Source: Candidatus Dormiibacterota bacterium | GTDB taxonomy: Bacteria; Chloroflexota; Dormibacteria; Aeolococcales; Bog-877 | Assembly (NCBI GenBank): GCA_035534755.1 | Contig: DATLRH010000005.1 | Coordinates: 6,128-70,127, forward strand | DNA: 64,000 nt | Reading direction: 5' to 3' | Shown: piece after piece, positions 18,456 through 26,803 of the stretch | Position numbering within the stretch: the stretch's first letter is position 1 | Layout: the number at the start of each line of letters is the position of its first letter | Notes under the pieces: generated by a model | Told to the model about the DNA's origin: nothing | What the model saw: only the letters and a program-made list of their open reading frames with translations | Database searches by the model: none | Made by a program: the position numbers and the translations under genes

Positions 18456-19847
18456 TTGCTACGCTGGCGGCGTCCCGCCAGCGGGCGGCCGGAGAACCAG
18501 CCCGCGCACGAGGTGACCGTCGAATTGTCCCCTACATCGGGCGCGCGCCCTGACGGAGGAGGCGGGCCAGAGCCGGCTTCCGAGGACGGCGTCGCGGTAC
18601 CTGGCGGGACCCGCTTCTACCTGCGGAGCCTCAAACCGGAGCTGCCCGCGAGCGTCTGGACCGTGATCCTGGGGGTGGCCATCTCGGCGGTGGGAAATGG
18701 CTTCGTTCTCCCGTTCGGCTCGATCTACCTGCACGTGGTAAGGGGTCTGGCCATCCCGGTAGTCGGGCTGATCATCTCGGCGTCGGCGTTGGCGTCGCTG
18801 GTGGCGGGGGTCCTGGGGGGCACCTTGGTGGACCGCCTGGGACCGCGGACGATGATGCTGATCGGCCTCAGCGTGCAGTCCCTCGGCTTCCTATGGTTCG
18901 GCTTCGCTACCTCCGTCCCGGAAGGGGTGGGCTCGATGCTTCTGATCGGCTCCGGGCTGGGCTGCTTCTACCCGTCCATGGCCTCGCTGCTGGCCGCGGT
19001 CACGAATCGCACCCAGCGGGCGGCGGCGGCGTCACTCCAGTACGCGGCTACCAATCTCGGAATCGGGGTGGGGGCGGTGATCGGGGGGTTGATTGTCTCC
19101 ACCGCCAAACCCTCCAGTTTCACCACCATCTATCTGCTCGATGCCGTCAGCTTTCTGATCTTTGGGGCAGTCGTCGTGGCCCGGGTGCCGAGTGGTCGGC
19201 ACCGCAGCACCTCTTCCGAGCGGGGGAACTACCGACAGGTGCTCCAGAACCGGACGTTCCTTGCGCTGATCGTATTCAACGCTCTGGTTGTGCTCTCCAC
19301 CTACGCTCAGCTCGAAAGCGCCGTGCCGCTGTATGCCCGGGTCTTCCTGGGCGTGCCGACGGTAGCGCTGGGAGCGATCCTGGCAACCAACACCGCCTTC
19401 ATCGTGCTGGCTCAGCTCCCCATCAGCCGAGCCGTCCGGCGGCTCGATCGCTCGCGCACCCTCGCCCTCAGCGCGGCCGCCTGGCTTTTCGCCTGGTTGA
19501 TCGGAGAGGTGGCGAGCCTGACCCACGGCCTAACCGCCAGTCTCCTCCTGGGTGTCTTCGCCGTCTGCTTCGGATTGGGCGAGTGCCTGCTCAGCGCCAC
19601 CATCGGGCCGCTGGTGGCGGACCTGGCTCCGGCCGCGGTGCGGGGGCGGTATATGGCCGCCTTCAACCTGTCCTGGGGGATCGGGCTGCTGGTCGGGCCG
19701 GCCTTGGGCGGACTGGTTGTCGGCTCATTCCTCCGACCCGGTATGTGGCTCCTCTGGGCAGCGGTCGCGGCTTGCCTGATCGTGTTTGCCGAGCGGCTGG
19801 GCCGCCGGCTCCCGGCTATCGCCAATCGAGGACCTCTAGCCGGATAG
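18456..19847 (+). CDS. MFS transporter (true start probably ~18580–18600)
   Basis: 463 aa track ORF. The N-terminal 40 aa are low-complexity. The hydrophobic 12-TM core begins at RFYLRSLKPELPASVWTVILGVAISAVGNGF. Confidence 0.8.
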   Translation: MLRWRRPASGRPENQPAHEVTVELSPTSGARPDGGGGPEPASEDGVAVPGGTRFYLRSLKPELPASVWTVILGVAISAVGNGFVLPFGSIYLHVVRGLAIPVVGLIISASALASLVAGVLGGTLVDRLGPRTMMLIGLSVQSLGFLWFGFATSVPEGVGSMLLIGSGLGCFYPSMASLLAAVTNRTQRAAAASLQYAATNLGIGVGAVIGGLIVSTAKPSSFTTIYLLDAVSFLIFGAVVVARVPSGRHRSTSSERGNYRQVLQNRTFLALIVFNALVVLSTYAQLESAVPLYARVFLGVPTVALGAILATNTAFIVLAQLPISRAVRRLDRSRTLALSAAAWLFAWLIGEVASLTHGLTASLLLGVFAVCFGLGECLLSATIGPLVADLAPAAVRGRYMAAFNLSWGIGLLVGPALGGLVVGSFLRPGMWLLWAAVAACLIVFAERLGRRLPAIANRGPLAG

Positions 19848-19994
19848 GCTGGCCGGCGACCGTCCCGTCGTCAGCCTTTCCCACCCCGGTACTCGCGGGC
19901 CACCTCGGTGAGCAGGCGAGGGATAGCTCATGCGCATAGCCGGTGTGCAGTCGACGGTCCGACCTCTACCATTCCCTGCACAACCGAATAGTCC

Positions 19995-20146
19995 GACGGG
20001 CGAATGGGAATCCGGTGCCGGGGAATCACCCCCAATTCCGGAGCTGTCGCGCAACTGTGAGCGAGGAGCCTAAGCCAGCGAGCCACTGGGAAAGTCCCGG
20101 GAAGGCGGCTACAGGCGTCGATCCGCGAGCCAGGAGACCGGCCCCG
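19995..20146 (+). ncRNA. Cobalamin (AdoCbl) riboswitch
   Basis: Conserved core read directly: AATGGGAATCCGGTGCCGGGGAATCACC … GCTGTCGCGCAACTGTGAG (B12-box variant) … GCCACTGGGAAAGTCCCGGGAAGGCGG … GCCAGGAGACCGGCC (canonical 3' element). It lies in the 400-nt leader upstream of the DUF4430/ECF operon. The downstream RBS GCCAGGAGG repeats the GCCAGGAG motif, suggesting alternative pairing. Confidence 0.8.
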
Positions 20147-20246
20147 AGGAATGGAAGCACCCCCGCGCGCAACGGGAAGGTCGACCTTCGGCGGCAGGTC
20201 CACCTCTGGCGTGGCGGGACAAAACCGCCGCCAGGAGGTAGGGACG

Positions 20247-20732
20247 GTGAGATCGTCTCAGGGGGCCAGCGCAGCACTGGCCGCGGTTGTGATGGCCTTG
20301 GTGCTCTCGGGGTGCGGCGCCGGCGGAAGCCCGACTACGACAAGCCCAGGGGTTACCTGCTCGGGGACCGGACACTCAGTGGAAGTGGTGGTCGAGCTCG
20401 GCGATCACCACGTGGTTGACCGCTGCGTTGCCTTCAGCGGGGCCAAGATCGCTGGAGAGACCGCGATGACGCGAAGCCGGATCGAGTTCGCGAGTCAGCA
20501 CTTCAGCTTCGGGGACGCGATCTGCCAGATCGACCGCGACCCCACCTCTTACACCGACTGCCTGGGAAGCGGCCAGCCGTACTGGGCGCTCTTCATCTGG
20601 TCAGGAGGGCGGTGGAAGGCCGCCAGCACCGGCATCAGCCAGGTCACGCTGAGCTCTGGGCAGGCGCTCGGCTGGCGCTACGACGGAAGTCAGGGAACAG
20701 CTCCGCCGCCGCCCCGTCCGCCCAAGCGGTGA
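20247..20732 (+). CDS. DUF4430 (transcobalamin/intrinsic-factor C-terminal-like) lipoprotein, putative corrinoid-binding
   Basis: GTG start 9 nt after GGAGG. Lipobox LVLSGCGAG. C-terminal W-rich motif YWALFIWSGGRWKAASTGISQVTLSSGQALGWRY fits the DUF4430 pattern (W.Y.VNG…L..GD.I.W.Y). Confidence 0.7.
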   Translation: MRSSQGASAALAAVVMALVLSGCGAGGSPTTTSPGVTCSGTGHSVEVVVELGDHHVVDRCVAFSGAKIAGETAMTRSRIEFASQHFSFGDAICQIDRDPTSYTDCLGSGQPYWALFIWSGGRWKAASTGISQVTLSSGQALGWRYDGSQGTAPPPPRPPKR

Positions 20733-20763
20733 CCCCCTGAACCCCCGTGCCCTGGCGGTCTGG

Positions 20764-21555
20764 GTGGCGGCCGTGCTCGCTCTCAGCCTGGGAAGCGAGG
20801 ACCCCATCCTACGGGTGCTCACCCTGGGCGCCGCCCTGGCCGTGGTGGCAACCCGCCGGCGGGCGGGGGCGCGCCTCCGCCCGGTCCTCGTCGCGGTCGG
20901 CGGGATTGCCCTGCTCACAGTGATATTCAATCTCCTGCTCAGCCACACGGGCGCAACGGTGCTGGTGACGCTGCCCGCCTGGCTCCCCGCCGTGGGCGGA
21001 GCACTGACCCTGGAGGGGGCCGCCTACGGACTCGACCTGGCGGCGGGTCTGGCGGCTTGCGTCGTCGCCGGGATCAGTCTCTCGTTGGTGATCGAGCCCT
21101 TTCAGATGGTCGACTCACTGCCCGGCTTCCTCTCCCGTACCGGGGCCGCCCTGGGCGCAGCCATGACGCTGGTCCCTCGCCTGGGCCGCAGCTTCGGGTC
21201 GGTTCGGGAGGCCCAGCAGATGCGGGGCTGGCAGCCGCACGGCCTGCGCTCCTGGACTGCGGTGGTGGTCCCGGCCGTCCTGACCACCATCGAAGGCTCA
21301 GTGCTACTCGCGGAATCGATGGAAGCCAGAGCCTTTGGGTCGGGCCACCGGACCGCCTCGGCCGGCCCGGGCTGGCGAACGACCGACGTGGTGATCGCGG
21401 GCACTTCGGCGGCGGTACTGGTGACCTTTATCGCCGCGCTCGGATTCGGCCAAGTCCCGGTCTGGCACCCCTACCCTGCCCTCACCTTGCCCAGCCTGGG
21501 CTGGTGGCCGTTTCTGACCTGCCTAGGGCTCTTCGTTCCGGCCTTTCTGGGATGA
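20764..21555 (+). CDS. ECF transporter transmembrane (T) component EcfT/CbiQ family
   Basis: 263 aa polytopic membrane protein. C-terminal signature SVLLAESMEARAFGSGHR (CbiQ A-R-x-x-G motif). Confidence 0.8.
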   Translation: MAAVLALSLGSEDPILRVLTLGAALAVVATRRRAGARLRPVLVAVGGIALLTVIFNLLLSHTGATVLVTLPAWLPAVGGALTLEGAAYGLDLAAGLAACVVAGISLSLVIEPFQMVDSLPGFLSRTGAALGAAMTLVPRLGRSFGSVREAQQMRGWQPHGLRSWTAVVVPAVLTTIEGSVLLAESMEARAFGSGHRTASAGPGWRTTDVVIAGTSAAVLVTFIAALGFGQVPVWHPYPALTLPSLGWWPFLTCLGLFVPAFLG

Positions 21556-22895
21556 GCAACTTCGCACGCTTCGAGCAGTTCGGGTACCGCTACCCGGACA
21601 GCGTCGCGCCGACCCTGGACGGGATCACCCTTCAGTTCGAGCCTGGGCTGACCCTCCTGACGGGGTCAACCGGGAGCGGTAAGTCCACTTTGCTGCGAAC
21701 TCTCAATGGGCTCGTCCCTCACTTCCACGGTGGGCAGGCGTGGGGAAGAGCGTGGGTCCTCAACCGCGACCTGAGGACCACCTCGACAAGGCAACTGGCA
21801 CGCGAAGTGGCCATGGTGTTCCAGGAGCCAGAGTCGCAGATGGTGATGGCGACGGCTGGGCGCGAGGTAGCCTTCGGCCCGGAGAACCTTGGCCTCTCCC
21901 GCGCCGAGATAGGAGCTCGCGTGGTTGCCGGCCTTGAGGCGATGGGGATCCCCGAGCTGGCCCACCGCCGGATCGCAACTCTCTCTGGTGGCCAGCGGCA
22001 GCGTGTCGCCCTCGCCGCCGCCCTGGCCATGCGACCGCGCCTGCTGGTGTTGGACGAGCCGACATCCCAGCTCGACGACTCCGGGGCGGAGCGCCTCCGA
22101 GAGGCGTGTCAGGGGCTCGTTTCCCAAGGACTTGCCGTGGTCGTCGCCGAACACCGGCCCTGGCGGGTTGATGGACGCGGCTCGCATCGCCTGGAACTGG
22201 AGCACGGCTCACTCGCCCCACCCGGCCGGGCGGGGCCGGAGTCGGCTCCGCCGCCGACTCGCACAAAGCGTAACGCGGGCAGGATTGCCTGGCAGGCGGA
22301 GGGTCTAAGCGTCGGCCACCAGGAGCCTGTGGTCTCCAACATCGACCTGTCCTGCCGAGAGGGAGAGGTGGTCTGCCTGACCGGGACCAATGGCAGCGGC
22401 AAGACGACCCTCCTGCGGACCCTCGCCGGGCTGCTGCCGCCCCTGTCAGGAACAATCCAGCGCTATCCCGGTCGGCGCTCCTACCTCCCTCAGGAGCCGG
22501 GAGGCGTGCTGCACCAGGCCAGCCTGTGGGAGGAGGTGCGCCAGACAATTCGCTGGCTTGATCTGCGCGCCACCCCGTGGCCGATCCTGGAGGAGTTCCA
22601 GCTCACCGCTTTGGCCGCGACCGATCCCCGCGACCTCAGCACCGGACAACGCCAACGGGCCGCGCTCGCCGCGGTCCTGGTGGGGGCGCCCAAGTTGGTC
22701 TTCCTCGACGAACCGACAAGAGGAGCGGATGCCGAGTCGCGACAGATGCTGATCCGCGTTCTGGAACGCCTTGCGGGCGAGGGCTCCGCCATCCTGGTCG
22801 CGACCAGCGATTCTCTCTTCGCACGCCAGATCGGTGACCGGGTCAGCGAGCTGGAGTCTGGGCAGCTCCGGGAAGTGCGAGAGCGGGCCGCATGA
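21552..22895 (+). CDS. ECF transporter fused duplicated ATPase (EcfA-EcfA' in one polypeptide)
   Basis: Start at MSNFARFEQ overlaps the EcfT stop (ATGA). Two Walker A motifs (GSTGSGKST and GTNGSGKTT) and two signatures (LSGGQRQRVALAAAL, LSTGQRQRAALAAVL). The track's 612-aa ORF is an upstream over-extension. Confidence 0.85.
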   Translation: MSNFARFEQFGYRYPDSVAPTLDGITLQFEPGLTLLTGSTGSGKSTLLRTLNGLVPHFHGGQAWGRAWVLNRDLRTTSTRQLAREVAMVFQEPESQMVMATAGREVAFGPENLGLSRAEIGARVVAGLEAMGIPELAHRRIATLSGGQRQRVALAAALAMRPRLLVLDEPTSQLDDSGAERLREACQGLVSQGLAVVVAEHRPWRVDGRGSHRLELEHGSLAPPGRAGPESAPPPTRTKRNAGRIAWQAEGLSVGHQEPVVSNIDLSCREGEVVCLTGTNGSGKTTLLRTLAGLLPPLSGTIQRYPGRRSYLPQEPGGVLHQASLWEEVRQTIRWLDLRATPWPILEEFQLTALAATDPRDLSTGQRQRAALAAVLVGAPKLVFLDEPTRGADAESRQMLIRVLERLAGEGSAILVATSDSLFARQIGDRVSELESGQLREVRERAA

Positions 22896-23782
22896 TCCTT
22901 CTTCTGATCTCAGCGTTGGGGGTGGGACTGTTCCTCTGGCCGTTCAGTGGCCTGGGTTTACCAGCGGCCACTCCCGCGCTGGCGATCGGCCTTGGCGCAC
23001 TCCTGGGGCTGCTGGCGATCGAGGTAGGTACTCGACGGATGGACTCCCGACAGCTAGCCCTGTTGGCCGCGCTCAGCGCTGTTGACGCAGGGCTTCGGGC
23101 CGCACTGGTAACCGGGATCGGTGGCTTCAGCCCGATTTTCCTGCTCGTCTTATGCGGCGGGTACGCGCTCGGCCCAGAGTTCGGCTTCCTACTGGGCGCC
23201 TCCTCACTGCTGGTCTCCGCCCTGGTCACGGGTGGGTTAGGCCCCTGGGTCCCCTACCAGCTGTTCGCGGTGGGTTGGGTGGGGGCGACGGCCGGACTGG
23301 CCGGCATGTTGTTCGCCCAGAGCCGGCCCCGCCGTCAGGACGTCATTCGGCTGGCCGGGGTGGGGATCGTCACTGGGTTCGCCTTCGGTGCGCTCATGGA
23401 TATCTGGAACTGGACTTTCTACTTCGCATCTCCGCAGATCGGCTGGCGGCCGGGACTGGCTCCGGGGCTGGCACTTTTCCACTTCGCCAAGTACTACCTA
23501 GTGACCTCAGCCGGGTACGACACCTTCCGGGCTGGTGGCAACGCGATCATGGTGCTCACCTTCGGACTGCCACTCCTCGCCGCCCTGCACCGACTCTCAA
23601 AGCGCTTTCGGAGCGAGTGGCACCTTGAGGCGGGGCCAAGCCTCCGGTCCCGGCCACCTTCCACGTGGTCAGCGCAACCGGCGGACCACGTAGCTGCCGG
23701 CCATCTTGTCGTGCCAGGCCTGCTTGCGCCGATCGACTCCCGCCCATGCGAAGCCGACGAAGCAGGTGAGGGTGTCGAATAG
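22892..23782 (+). CDS. ECF transporter substrate-specific (S) component, unknown specificity (candidate corrinoid S-component)
   Basis: The first ~230 aa are a 6-TM hydrophobic protein (MILLLISALGVGLFLWPFSGLGL…). The last ~60 aa (…PSLRSRPPSTWSAQPADHVAAG…) are low-complexity and overlap the convergent RDD gene. Confidence 0.7.
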   Translation: MILLLISALGVGLFLWPFSGLGLPAATPALAIGLGALLGLLAIEVGTRRMDSRQLALLAALSAVDAGLRAALVTGIGGFSPIFLLVLCGGYALGPEFGFLLGASSLLVSALVTGGLGPWVPYQLFAVGWVGATAGLAGMLFAQSRPRRQDVIRLAGVGIVTGFAFGALMDIWNWTFYFASPQIGWRPGLAPGLALFHFAKYYLVTSAGYDTFRAGGNAIMVLTFGLPLLAALHRLSKRFRSEWHLEAGPSLRSRPPSTWSAQPADHVAAGHLVVPGLLAPIDSRPCEADEAGEGVE

Positions 23783-24346
23783 GTAGCCAGCCAACCTGAT
23801 CAGGCTCCGGCCCAGGCCGAGCCGACCACCGTCCTCCTGGCGGACCACTCGCCCCCCGACGAGCCAGAGCCCGACCGTCCGTCCCGTGGTCGCCCAGGCG
23901 AACACGAAGTAGGCGAGGGGGAACACTCCCACCGCCGCGGCTCCGGGGGCGATGTGATCCAGCGGTTGCGCCACTGCGACCACACCCCCGACCACGATCA
24001 GGTCCGCCCAGAGGGCGCCAGCCCGGGGCCAGAACCCGACGTATCCCAGTCCCGGGAATGGGCCGGCCGCCCGGAGCGACTTCACACCCTCCCAGATCGC
24101 CAGCGGTCCGCTCGGGCCCCGGGGAAGATCAGCAAGCAGCTCGTGCAGTTCCCCATTGGTCTTGGCGCCGTACGCGCGCTGAGACCGCTCGCTCAGCTCG
24201 TCGGCATTGAGCCGTCCCTCAACGTGGTGGTTGGTCAATTCGGTGACGACCTGTTCACGCTCAGCATCAGAGGCCCGGATCCGATTGCGGCCGGGCCAGG
24301 GCGGCCAGTTGCCGGCCCCTGGCTGGAAAGGTGGCGGTGATTGCAT
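23669..24346 (-). CDS. DUF1707 (SHOCT-like) + RDD family membrane protein
   Basis: N-terminus RASDAEREQVVTELTNHHVEGRLNADELSERSQRAYGAKTNGELHELLADLP is the DUF1707 pattern. The C-terminal hydrophobic half ends …VDRRKQAWHDKMAGSYVVRRL (RDD family). Confidence 0.7.
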   Translation of the reverse strand: MQSPPPFQPGAGNWPPWPGRNRIRASDAEREQVVTELTNHHVEGRLNADELSERSQRAYGAKTNGELHELLADLPRGPSGPLAIWEGVKSLRAAGPFPGLGYVGFWPRAGALWADLIVVGGVVAVAQPLDHIAPGAAAVGVFPLAYFVFAWATTGRTVGLWLVGGRVVRQEDGGRLGLGRSLIRLAGYLFDTLTCFVGFAWAGVDRRKQAWHDKMAGSYVVRRLR

Positions 24347-24352
24347 TCCGGG

Positions 24353-24940
24353 TCACCGCCCCCGGAGAGTCGCAGGGGGGGCCGAGCCTAGCTGACCCTC
24401 TGCCCAATCGCGCCCCAGCAGGCCCATGTAAACAAGGTCGGTCGCCCTTCCGTCCCGGTAAACCCGTTCGCGGAGCCGCCCCTCCTCCTGGAAACCCAAG
24501 CCGCGGTAGAGGGCAAGTGCGGGAGCGTTGTCCGCGATCACGTCGAGGCTGAGCCGACGCAGGCCAAGCTCATGAAAGGCGAATCGCTGCAGCAATCGCA
24601 CCGCCTCCTTGCCGAAGCCCTTCCCCCGGTCCGACTCATCCCCGATACCGATCGCAACCCAGCCGTGGCCGTTTGACCATTCAATGCTGAAGAGGGCGAC
24701 GAACCCGACCAGGCGGTCGTCCTCGAGCGTCCTGATCCGGAACTCATATGCGTCCAGTCGCGGTTCGCTGGCATCGTCGCGCTCGGCGAAGAAGCCCGGC
24801 GGAAGCGGTCGGGGGGCGTCGGTATCCGCCAGGCGCCGATACTCTCCGTCCTCGCTCCACCGCGAGATGGTTTCCGCGTCCCCTGCGCGGGGCGCTGCCA
24901 GGCGAATCAGCTCCCCGTGGAAGAGCCGGTTGGGGGGCAT
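24353..24940 (-). CDS. GNAT family N-acetyltransferase (RimJ/RimL-like)
   Basis: 195 aa. …LVGFVALFSIEWSNGHGWVAIGIGDESDRGKGFGKEAVRLLQRFAFHELGLRRLSLDVIADNAPALALYRGLGF. Confidence 0.85.
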   Translation of the reverse strand: MPPNRLFHGELIRLAAPRAGDAETISRWSEDGEYRRLADTDAPRPLPPGFFAERDDASEPRLDAYEFRIRTLEDDRLVGFVALFSIEWSNGHGWVAIGIGDESDRGKGFGKEAVRLLQRFAFHELGLRRLSLDVIADNAPALALYRGLGFQEEGRLRERVYRDGRATDLVYMGLLGRDWAEGQLGSAPPATLRGR

Positions 24941-25085
24941 CGGTGGGAATCCTCAAACCAGGGCGACTTCGTTCCGCCGAACGAGTATCGCAGACGTCCG
25001 CTCGACTTCCGCGAACGGGTCCCGCCGCGTCCGAACCCGGCTCCGAACTCCACCGGGCGGGTTTGCCCGATATTCTCGGCTGATC

Positions 25086-26297
25086 ATGGCCGACCTGCGC
25101 CCAGTCACAAGCGGCGAAGTCGAGGAGTTCCTAGACGTCATGACGGGCGCCTTCGGGGAGCGGCGCGAAGCCTGGCACGACCGGGAGTTTCGGCGAAGGG
25201 TCCCACTCGAATCGACCGTCGCCGCATTCCAGGACGGCAGGCTGGTGGGAACTTCGGCCACACTGCCCCTGACGCTCAGCGTCCCGGGAGGAAGCTGCTC
25301 CGCTGCTGGGATCACCGCGGTGGGGGTCCTGCCCACCCACCGTCGCCGCGGGCTGTTGCGGGCCATGATGGATGCCCAACTCCGCAAAGCGCGGACAGCT
25401 GGGCAGCCGGTCTCGATCCTATGGGCATCGGAGGGGTCGATCTACGGACGATTCGGGTTCGGCCCAGCGACCCGGCGGCTGAGGGTCAGTTTCGAAACGG
25501 CCAGGGCATCGCTCTCCGAAGAGAAAGTGTCCGGACCGCTTCGGTTGGTCGGGCGAGACGAGGCGCTGCGGCTGATGCCGGCGGTCTATGAACGCCTGCT
25601 CGAGTCCCGTCCCGGGCTACTCCGTCGCAACGAGATCGCCTGGGATTACCTGACCGCCGACGGCAATCCCGACCTGCCCGCGGCCGAGGCGCGCCACTTC
25701 TTCGTGGTGCACGGGGAGACCCCGGACGGCTATCTAATCTATCGAGTCCGCCCCGGAACGAGCAGCTTCGGGCCTCGGGAAACGGCCTTGGTCACAGAGC
25801 TGGTGGGGGACGGCCCCGGCCCGGCACCAGACCTCTGGCACTACCTCCTCAACCTGGACCTGGTCAGTACCGTCGAAGCGCGCCAGCGGCCCGTCGACGA
25901 GTCGCTGATTTGGATGCTCCGCGACCCACAAGGACTCGACGTCGGCTGGCGCACCGGCATCTGGGCCCGCCTGCTGGATGTGCCCCTTGCCCTAGGCTGC
26001 CGCGGGTATCAGGAGGACGGAGACCTAATTCTGCAGGTCACCGACCCTTTCCTCCCCGCGGCGGCGGGGCGGTTTCACCTCCGAGTCAGAGGCGGGGTCG
26101 GCACCTGTGCGCCCACGGAGAAGGATGCCGACCTCCGGCTGGGGGTCTCTGAGTTGAGCTCCGGTTATCTGGGCCAGCTCTGCTACGGGGCGCTATCCCG
26201 CGCCGGGCAAATTGAGGAGGCTTCGCCGGGTGCCGCTCTGCGAGCGGACCGAATCATGGGATGGGATCCTCCTCCCTGGTGCCTGGACGACTTTTAG
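25086..26297 (+). CDS. eis: Eis-like GNAT acetyltransferase (enhanced intracellular survival protein family: GNAT + SCP2-like C-terminus)
   Basis: Start at MADLRPV, the internal Met of the track ORF 24609. GITAVGVLPTHRRRGLLRAMM and ASEGSIYGRFGFGPATR parallel M. tuberculosis Eis (VGVAPTHRRRGLL, ASEPAIYGRFGYG). Length ~403 aa. Confidence 0.8.
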   Translation: MADLRPVTSGEVEEFLDVMTGAFGERREAWHDREFRRRVPLESTVAAFQDGRLVGTSATLPLTLSVPGGSCSAAGITAVGVLPTHRRRGLLRAMMDAQLRKARTAGQPVSILWASEGSIYGRFGFGPATRRLRVSFETARASLSEEKVSGPLRLVGRDEALRLMPAVYERLLESRPGLLRRNEIAWDYLTADGNPDLPAAEARHFFVVHGETPDGYLIYRVRPGTSSFGPRETALVTELVGDGPGPAPDLWHYLLNLDLVSTVEARQRPVDESLIWMLRDPQGLDVGWRTGIWARLLDVPLALGCRGYQEDGDLILQVTDPFLPAAAGRFHLRVRGGVGTCAPTEKDADLRLGVSELSSGYLGQLCYGALSRAGQIEEASPGAALRADRIMGWDPPPWCLDDF

Positions 26298-26358
26298 CCA
26301 CCGGGGAACCCGAAAGGTTCCCGGTACGCGCCAGAAGGCGAGGGTAGGAGTTAGATCG

Positions 26359-26778
26359 TCAGTCAAGGTAGACCTCCTCTGCCCGGCAGAGCCGCCACGC
26401 CGCTGCAGTTGTGTCCAGCTCTACGTCTAGCTCGTGTCCAAGCATCGCAGCATGAACCGACTCGCCGCCGAACCGCACTTCAGTTCGGTCGTCGAACCGG
26501 AGACGGAGCCAGAACCTACCCGGTTCGGTGGCCGAGCGTTCGCTTCGGCGCCACTGCAGCCCGGATCGGGCGGGAAGCCATTCCTGTCCAGCCGCTCTGC
26601 TCGCAGCCACTTGGCGCAACAGGTGCCCCAGCGCCGGGGGACCAAGGAATCGGGCTAACTGGAAGTCGTTGCCCGACGTGATCGCGGACTCGATCCCGTC
26701 AACCATCTGCCGAACACGCTCGGTCGTCTCGCGGGTACCCCGATCTCCGCCGCCCGCCTCCCAGCCGCGAAGCCTCAT
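26359..26778 (-). CDS. Hypothetical protein, last gene of the Tad-like operon
   Basis: Trimmed to the internal Met MRLRGWEAGGG… to avoid a 59-nt overlap with the upstream ATPase. No recognisable motif. Confidence 0.35.
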   Translation of the reverse strand: MRLRGWEAGGGDRGTRETTERVRQMVDGIESAITSGNDFQLARFLGPPALGHLLRQVAASRAAGQEWLPARSGLQWRRSERSATEPGRFWLRLRFDDRTEVRFGGESVHAAMLGHELDVELDTTAAAWRLCRAEEVYLD

Positions 26779-26803
26779 CTGCGCCCTATAGAAACCAACC
26801 TCC

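Noticed and set aside
21760-22548. 262-aa minus-strand ORF and 21057 N-terminal extension of the EcfA ORF
   Set aside because: Antisense to the double-ATPase gene. The upstream extension overlaps EcfT coding sequence in another frame, and the real start is at the ATGA overlap (21552).
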